DNA of 64,000 nt from contig CAVPOM010000010.1 of NCBI GenBank assembly GCA_963707025.1, positions 128,001 to 192,000 on the forward strand. Reading direction: 5' to 3'. Position 1 is the first letter of the stretch; each line of letters begins with the position of its first letter. Below, one piece after another: positions 61,191 to 64,000 of the stretch. Position numbers and translations under genes: made by a program. The notes beneath the pieces are model-generated. The model was not told the origin of the DNA, did not search any database, and saw only the letters and a list, made by a program, of their open reading frames with translations. This stretch comes from an uncultured Verrucomicrobiae bacterium. Lineage in GTDB: Bacteria; Verrucomicrobiota; Verrucomicrobiia; Limisphaerales; Palsa-1400.

Positions 61191-62269
61191 AAAACGGCGG
61201 GGGCGTGTCCACTCGCCGGCGCGCCATTCCCTGCGGTTCCCGGCGCCTCCAGTTCTTCCCGGACCCTGGCATAAACGCTCAGCGCCGTCATGCTGTGCAG
61301 GCAGGCCAGGGGCATGGCATAGTGGCAGTTGGGCTTCATGCACGGGACGCAGGGCAGGCTGTTGATTTGCATGACCTGGTTAAGTTTGCCATAAGGCCCC
61401 GTGTTCCGCGGGTTGGTGGGACCAAACAGGGCGAGCAGCGGCCTGGCCAGCGCCGCCGCGACATGCATCGGCCCGGTGTCGTTGCTGATGACCAGCCGCC
61501 CGCGCCGCACCCATTCAATCATTTCCCACAACGAGGTTTGCCCCGCCAGATTCAAGCAACGTCCCGGATTGGCTTCGGCGATGGCCTGGCCCAAAGCCCG
61601 TTCGCCGCCGCTGCCCAAAATGACGAATTTCCAGGCGCCCATCCCGCGCATCAGCCTGGCCAGCTCCACGAAATTCTCCACCGGCCAGCGTTTGTTGTCC
61701 CAACGCGCCCCCGGCAGGAACACGATCCACGGGCCGGCCGCGGCGTGCCATTTCTCTTCGATGCGCGCGGCGATTTCCGGCCGTTGCGGCAGCCATTCAA
61801 AATTCCAATGCACCGGCACCTTCAGCAAGGGCAGCACCGCCAGATAGCGGTCCACCGCATGGGTGCCGGCGGCGGGGCGCGGCGGGGTCAAATCATAAAA
61901 CGCGCGCGCCCCTTCCCGGGAACCTTCGCCCGTGTTGTCCAGCCCGATGGTCAGCTCCGCATCGGCCAGCCAGGCAAAAATGCCGCTGCGGGCCAGCCCC
62001 TGCAAATCAATCGCCCAGTCAAAGTGCCTGGCCCGCATGTCTTGCACGCTGGCCAGCATCTCCGGCCAGCGGTGCGGCGCGGCCCAGCGCTTGCGGTCGA
62101 AGGCAATCACCCCGGCCAGGTCCGGGTCCTCCTCCAACAAGGATTTTAGACTGCGGTCCAACCACCAATAAATCTGGCTTTGGGGAAGATGGGCTTTGAG
62201 CAGGCGCAGCACGGGCAAGGCGTGGATGACATCGCCCAGGGAACTCGGTTTGAGGATGAGAATTTTCAA
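61187..62269 (-). CDS. GT9 LPS heptosyltransferase
   Basis: ILKPSSLGDVI, DLQGL, NDTGPMHVAAA, LFGPT. Confidence 0.9.
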   Translation of the reverse strand: MKILILKPSSLGDVIHALPVLRLLKAHLPQSQIYWWLDRSLKSLLEEDPDLAGVIAFDRKRWAAPHRWPEMLASVQDMRARHFDWAIDLQGLARSGIFAWLADAELTIGLDNTGEGSREGARAFYDLTPPRPAAGTHAVDRYLAVLPLLKVPVHWNFEWLPQRPEIAARIEEKWHAAAGPWIVFLPGARWDNKRWPVENFVELARLMRGMGAWKFVILGSGGERALGQAIAEANPGRCLNLAGQTSLWEMIEWVRRGRLVISNDTGPMHVAAALARPLLALFGPTNPRNTGPYGKLNQVMQINSLPCVPCMKPNCHYAMPLACLHSMTALSVYARVREELEAPGTAGNGAPASGHAPAVL

Positions 62270-62308
62270 GGCGGGGAAACCCTTCCAGCTTCGGCCCCGG
62301 CGCGGGAA

Positions 62309-63031
62309 CTACTTTCCCATGGCCAGCCGTTCCGCCAGGCGCGCCGGCAACCCCGCCTCCAGGATTTTCTTCTGCGCCGCGGCAATGTCGTATTCCAGCC
62401 GGCGCAACTCGATGGAGCCTTCATCCATGTCGTAAATGACGTAAGCGGACTTCGGGTTGCTGTCGCGCGGCTGTCCGACCGCCCCGACGTTGACAAAGTA
62501 TTTCCGGCCCGGTTCCACCCGGAATTTCGAGTAGGTCCCGCCCCGCACCACGCTGTCCCGGATGAAGGCGACGGGCACATGGGTGTGCCCGAAAAAGCAG
62601 ACCGGGGTGTTCTGGTAGGTGAAGCTGGCCGCCGCGGCCAACTTGTCAAACACATATCCCCAGCGCTGCGGCGCGTCCAGGGTGGCGTGGACGATGGTGA
62701 AATTGGAGACCAGCCTGAGAAACTTCAAATCCCGCAGCCACTTGCGGTCGTCCTCCGTCAACTTCCCCCGCGTCCAGTTCCCCGCCTCCGCCGCGTGCGG
62801 GCTGAACCCCTCCATGGGGGTGTCACTGGAGCAGAATTCGTCGTGGTTTCCCTTCACGCAGGGAATGTTCATGGCCCGCACCGTGTCCAGGCATTCCTTG
62901 GGATTGGCATTGTAGCCGACCACGTCGCCCAGGCAGGCCACATGGGTGCATTTCTGCTTTTCGATGTCCTGCAAAACCACTTGGAAGGCCTCCAAATTGG
63001 CGTGGATATCAGCTATGATCGCGTACTTCAT
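62309..63031 (-). CDS. Metallophosphoesterase
   Basis: DIHAN, GDVVGY, GNHD, GHTH, GQPRD. Confidence 0.92.
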   Translation of the reverse strand: MKYAIIADIHANLEAFQVVLQDIEKQKCTHVACLGDVVGYNANPKECLDTVRAMNIPCVKGNHDEFCSSDTPMEGFSPHAAEAGNWTRGKLTEDDRKWLRDLKFLRLVSNFTIVHATLDAPQRWGYVFDKLAAAASFTYQNTPVCFFGHTHVPVAFIRDSVVRGGTYSKFRVEPGRKYFVNVGAVGQPRDSNPKSAYVIYDMDEGSIELRRLEYDIAAAQKKILEAGLPARLAERLAMGK

Positions 63032-63049
63032 CGTATGCCTGTCCCTGCA

Positions 63050-63328
63050 TTATTGCGTAATCTCAAAACTTCGAAATTCATTCTTTGCCTCGGTCCAACC
63101 CAACTGCTCCTGCCGGATGAAACGGCCCACGTCCGACTGCCGCACGGCCTCCAGCAGGCCCTCCAACTCGGCCCGCGCCCCCTCGGCGATCAACTCCACC
63201 CGGCCGTCCTCCAAATTCCGCACCGTCCCTGTGACTTCAAACCCGTTGACCAGGATTCTGACCGAATAACGAAAACCCACGCCCTGCATCCGCCCGGAAT
63301 AATAAATTGTCGCGCGCTCTCGTCTCAT
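63050..63328 (-). CDS. acyP: Acylphosphatase
   Basis: GRMQGVGFR, GTVRNLEDGRVE. Confidence 0.9.
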   Translation of the reverse strand: MRRERATIYYSGRMQGVGFRYSVRILVNGFEVTGTVRNLEDGRVELIAEGARAELEGLLEAVRQSDVGRFIRQEQLGWTEAKNEFRSFEITQ

Positions 63329-63444
63329 CTCCCACATAGTACAACCCCAAGATAAAGCCACAAGACCGACACTTTGCGCAACTGAATTGTTGCGCCAATA
63401 AACAGGCCTTGCCCGCCAACCGGAAAGGGCCGTATCCTCTCCGC

Positions 63445-64000
63445 ATGAGGCTCATCAACCCGTTGCTGGTTGTTCTCTTTGGCTTGGCGGCCGCCGCGCA
63501 AAACGATGTGCCGGCCATGAAACCCATCCCGGGCCGCAACACGGCGGCGCATCTGGCGGCCAGGGGATTCATGCGCGGCGCCAATATCGCCAATTACCTG
63601 GAAGTGCCGCCCGGCCAGGGCTGGGCCGTGGCCCACACCGTCGCCGATCTGAAGTTCATCCGCGCCGAAGGTTTTGACCACATCCGGCTGCCGGTCGGCT
63701 GGCATCACTACACCGGACCGGCGCCCGGCTTCACCTTGTCGGACGAAATCTTTGCCAAGGCGGACCAAATGGTGACCAACGCGACCGCGCTGGGATTGAA
63801 CGTGATGATTAACCTGCATCATTTCAACGAGTTCACCACCGATCCAGCCGCGCAGACGGCCTGGTTCCAGGCCATCTGGCGCCAAGTGGCCGCGCACTAT
63901 GCCGGCGCCCCGGCCGGCGTCGCCTTCGAACTGCTCAACGAGCCGAAGGACGCGGCCACCACCGTCCGGTTGAATCCGATTTTCGCCGAAACCATCCGCC
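63445..64000 (+). CDS. GH5-family glycoside hydrolase, partial (runs off the window)
   Basis: MRLINPLLVVLFG...RGANIANYLE...GFDHIRLPV...INLHH...FELLNEP; absent from the ORF track because it has no stop. Confidence 0.88.
   Translation, partial: MRLINPLLVVLFGLAAAAQNDVPAMKPIPGRNTAAHLAARGFMRGANIANYLEVPPGQGWAVAHTVADLKFIRAEGFDHIRLPVGWHHYTGPAPGFTLSDEIFAKADQMVTNATALGLNVMINLHHFNEFTTDPAAQTAWFQAIWRQVAAHYAGAPAGVAFELLNEPKDAATTVRLNPIFAETIR

Overview
High-GC bacterial chromosome window. The gene repertoire (RNase HIII, TIGR03067, prepilin/DUF1559, dense REP/MITE-type intergenic repeats) suggests Verrucomicrobiota; this is inference. Bases 1-18 kb are an accessory hotspot. They hold an MmeI-like restriction-modification gene split by an IS3 element, a structured leader RNA and an atypical tRNA-like gene directly upstream of a frameshifted IS1595-family transposase, and three near-identical IS4-family copies, each with its own 9-bp target duplication. 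Tandem repeats and secreted repeat proteins are also present. Bases 18-64 kb hold glycoside hydrolases, a MoxR/DUF58/SpoIIM/RDD cluster in two oppositely oriented halves 25 kb apart, a Tat-type SOD, an ECF sigma cluster, a RAYT with flanking REP doublets, a TonB receptor/YfiR/two-kinase/Ig-adhesin locus, and housekeeping genes (mutY, rnhC, acs). The best candidate for an undescribed system is the IS1595-linked module at 3.35-5.5 kb: divergent promoters, an alternatively folding RNA and a GUC-anticodon tRNA-like gene lacking Asp identity features, possibly all cargo of one transposon. No CRISPR array or rRNA was seen. All product calls come from motif recognition by eye, not database searches. 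Several single-base frameshifts could be assembly errors.
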